Origin: Coriobacteriia bacterium
Lineage (GTDB): Bacteria > Actinomycetota > Coriobacteriia > Anaerosomatales > Kmv31
Direction: 5' to 3'
DNA length: 64,000 nt
Assembly: GCA_014859305.1 (NCBI GenBank)
Contig: JACUUM010000002.1
Coordinates: 9,077-73,076, forward strand
The position numbers were made by a program, and so were the translations under genes. A model generated the notes under the pieces. That model was given only the letters and a program-made list of their open reading frames with translations. It made no database searches and was not told where the DNA came from. This document shows positions 61,933 through 64,000 of the stretch, piece by piece; positions within the stretch are counted from its first letter, which is position 1; every line of letters begins with the position of its first letter.

Positions 61933-62932
61933 AGGCCGCTCCGCCAAGCGCGCCTCCGCCGCCATCCAATGGGGGCTGGCCGCCGGGGCGATCGCCGTCA
62001 TCGCCTGGGTGGTGGCCACCCACTCCGAGGAGGCCCGCCGCCTGCTCGACCTCACGCCGCGCCTGTTCGCGCTGATCAGCGTCTCCGCGATCGGCACGCA
62101 CCTGCTCAACGGGTGGGAGCTGCAGGTGCTCACCGCGCGCTTCGGCGCGCGCATCCGTTTCCGGGACACCTTCTCGCTCGCGTTGATGGTCAACGTGCTC
62201 AACTACCTGCCCGCCAAGACGGGGACGTTGGCCAACGGCGCCGTGCTGCGCGGCTGTTTCAAGGTCCGCGCGGCGCACTTCGGCGCGCTGGTGCTGGGCA
62301 GCGGGGTCATCCACCTGTGGGTCGCCGGCAGCCTGGCGGGCGCGGTGCTGCTCGCCGCCGGACAGCCGGCGCTGGGGTGGCCGGTGCTGCTGGGGCCCTC
62401 GGCGGCGCTCCTCGCGCTGCTCGCGTGGGGATGGTTCGCCCCGCGCCGCCGCGACTCGGACCACATGCGCGCGCCGCTGCGCATCGCCTACGACGCGGCC
62501 CATGGCATCGCGGACATCTACAGGGACACGCGGCTCATGGCGATCGAGCTGCTCATCAACGTCGGGCTCGTGGCACTCGACGCCGCCCGCACCTACTTCG
62601 CGTTCCGGGCGCTGTCCACCGAGGCGACGTTCGCACAGTCGCTCGTGGTCGTGGCCGCGGCCATCGTGCTGGAGCGCTTCTCCGTCATCCCCGGCGGGCT
62701 CGGCTTCCGCGAGGGCGGCTCCGCCGCGGCTGCCGGTGCCGTGGGCATCTCCTCGGCGCTCGGGCTCGGGGCGGCCGTCGTGGACCGAGCGGTCAAGCTC
62801 GTGTGGCTCGTGCTCCTCGGCGTGCCGGCGACGCTGTACGTGTCCCGCACCACCGGGCACACGCTGGGCGAGTGGCTGCAGCGTGCCCGCGCCGAACGGC
62901 CGGCCCCGAACGCGGAGGGCGAGGCGTCCTGA
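61925..62932 (+). CDS. Flippase-like (UPF0104 / LPG-synthase TM region) membrane protein
   Basis: 335 aa. The GTG start overlaps the GT2 end by 8 nt. It has multiple TM helices, NYLPAKTG, and the IPGGLGFREGG motif typical of the family. Confidence 0.6.
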   Translation: MPEGRSAKRASAAIQWGLAAGAIAVIAWVVATHSEEARRLLDLTPRLFALISVSAIGTHLLNGWELQVLTARFGARIRFRDTFSLALMVNVLNYLPAKTGTLANGAVLRGCFKVRAAHFGALVLGSGVIHLWVAGSLAGAVLLAAGQPALGWPVLLGPSAALLALLAWGWFAPRRRDSDHMRAPLRIAYDAAHGIADIYRDTRLMAIELLINVGLVALDAARTYFAFRALSTEATFAQSLVVVAAAIVLERFSVIPGGLGFREGGSAAAAGAVGISSALGLGAAVVDRAVKLVWLVLLGVPATLYVSRTTGHTLGEWLQRARAERPAPNAEGEAS

Positions 62933-63120
62933 GCCGACGACGCCGGTCGGCGTCTGGGCCGCCGCCCACGGCGCGGCGGGGCGGGTGCCGCGGGTGGAGT
63001 GGCAAGGCTTTCTCGGACCGGACGCCTCCGGCCGAACCAACCGGCGTGTGAAGTGGCATGAATACCTCGCGGGCGTGATGAGATCGCGAGCGCTTCAAGA
63101 GCCGGCGTCGAGGAGGGCGG

Positions 63121-64000
63121 ATGACCGCAGTGGACACCGAGGAGCGGGCCCACCCTGCTGCCGGGGCCGCCGAGCGCGCGCCCGCGGAGCGCCCCCGGGA
63201 GGAGCGGAACCGCGCCGGGCCGGCGGTCTCGCCGGTCTTCTCGGTCATCGCCGCCACGGTCTCCGGCGACCGTGGAGCCGAAGCCATGCTCTCCACGACG
63301 GTGGCGCGCCTTCGCGACCGCTTCCCCGGTGCGCGCTTCAACGTCTTCTCGCACCACCCCGAGGAGGACCGTGAGCTCGTTTGCGACCCCGCCGTGCACG
63401 TCTACTCCTCGGCACCGCGGCACCTGGCCACGGAGCTCCTCTTCGGGACGCTGCTGGCCGCGGCGCTGCGGCGCCTCGGGCTGCGGCGCCTGCCCCGCGC
63501 CGTCCCCGAGCCCGTGCGCGCGCTGGCCGGCTCGGCGGCGCTGGTGGACCTCTCCGGCGCGTCCTTCCTCGACCGGCACGTCGAGTGCCTGCCCTCCGAC
63601 GTCCTCAGGATCTGGCCGGCGCTGGTCCTGGACGTGCCGGTCGTGAAGCTCGCGCAGGCTTGCGGCCCGTTCCGCGACCCGGCCAACCACTGGGCGGCGC
63701 AGCGTTGGCTGACCCGCTGCGAGAAGGTCTTCGCCCGCGGAGAAGCGACGGCCGAGAGCCTGCGAGCGCTGCCGCTGACCGAGGAGCGGCTCGCCGAGGC
63801 CGCCGACGTGGCGTTCCTGCACCGGTCCGGAGAGTCGCTCGGCTGCGAGTACCTGGTAGCGACCTCCGAGGTCCGCGAGGCGCTGGAGGCGGAGCGCAAG
63901 GCGGGGCGTTCGGTCCTCGGCATATGCCCGAGCGCCGTGACCGCGGGCAAGGCGCGCAGGCGGCGCTTCGACTACGCCGGCTTCGTCACCGACATCGCTC
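63121..64000 (+). CDS. Polysaccharide pyruvyl transferase family protein (WcaK/CsaB-like), 3' end outside window
   Basis: ATG 63121 follows GAGGAGGG and the frame is open to the window end. It is not in the ORF track because no stop falls in the window. SGDRGAEAML...LVDLSGASFLD...VVKLAQACGPF...EKVFARGEATAESL parallels WcaK. Confidence 0.7.
   Translation, partial: MTAVDTEERAHPAAGAAERAPAERPREERNRAGPAVSPVFSVIAATVSGDRGAEAMLSTTVARLRDRFPGARFNVFSHHPEEDRELVCDPAVHVYSSAPRHLATELLFGTLLAAALRRLGLRRLPRAVPEPVRALAGSAALVDLSGASFLDRHVECLPSDVLRIWPALVLDVPVVKLAQACGPFRDPANHWAAQRWLTRCEKVFARGEATAESLRALPLTEERLAEAADVAFLHRSGESLGCEYLVATSEVREALEAERKAGRSVLGICPSAVTAGKARRRRFDYAGFVTDIA

Overview
The window is very GC-rich by eye and is a densely coding chromosomal segment of a Gram-positive-type bacterium. 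I saw no rRNA, CRISPR array, transposase or integrase. No searches were run: product calls rest on motifs I recognise in the translated ORFs, and start codons are inferred from SD sequences and gene overlaps. The ORF track prints M for GTG and TTG starts and often over-extends N-termini.

Content from left to right:
- 1-717: 3' end of a TldD/PmbA peptidase gene.
- 1179-10303, minus strand: a complete A/V-type ATPase operon in the order G/H-I-K-E-C-F-A-B-(63-aa membrane ORF)-D.
- 10441-14682: a CapA-like and M23-like gene pair, DUF951, and an ACT/UPF0210 pair.
- 14932-20169: an accessory-looking cell-surface cluster. It holds an 899-aa secreted multidomain protein, a 155-aa secreted paralogue of its C-terminal module, a TM-anchored 358-aa beta-sandwich protein, and a translationally coupled orphan LytTR response regulator.
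- 20330-25130: NfnAB-type oxidoreductase, ApbE, and a coiled-coil M23 peptidase.
- 25165-38094: a long housekeeping block colinear with the Bacillus subtilis origin-proximal region (pth-ctc-prs-glmU-tRNA-Gln-spoVG-ispE-veg-ksgA-yabE-tatD-metG-abrB-rsmI).
- 38097-41401: a membrane protein, a DUF362/4Fe-4S protein and a ROK kinase.
- 41523-45558: a degenerate ImmA-like protein next to a coupled HEAT-repeat / HD-GYP pair.
- 45687-51939: a GDT1-family gene interrupted by TAG, a PAS-GAF-PP2C phosphatase, tRNA-Phe, a CWB2 wall-binding protein whose signal peptide is out of frame, a UdgX-like glycosylase, YaiI, and tRNA-Asp.
- 52218-58811: flavodoxin, a TetR-controlled MacB-type ABC exporter, DUF72, small proteins, a ferredoxin, a hydrolase, and a mini GGQ rescue factor.
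- 58836-64000: an overlapping envelope-glycosylation operon (membrane protein, large polytopic protein, GT2, flippase-like protein, pyruvyl transferase).

The best candidate for an undescribed system is the 14.9-20.2 kb surface cluster, which looks like a divergent analogue of the Csc/WxL cell-surface complexes of low-GC Bacillota.

Other signals worth a second look:
- A recurring perfect or near-perfect GTGTGA-N6-TCACA palindrome at three loci.
- A perfect 20-bp tandem duplication fused to a TATAAT box upstream of the yabE-like gene.
- Tandem 43-nt hairpin repeats after the ATPase operon.
- An HD to YD substitution in the HD-GYP protein.
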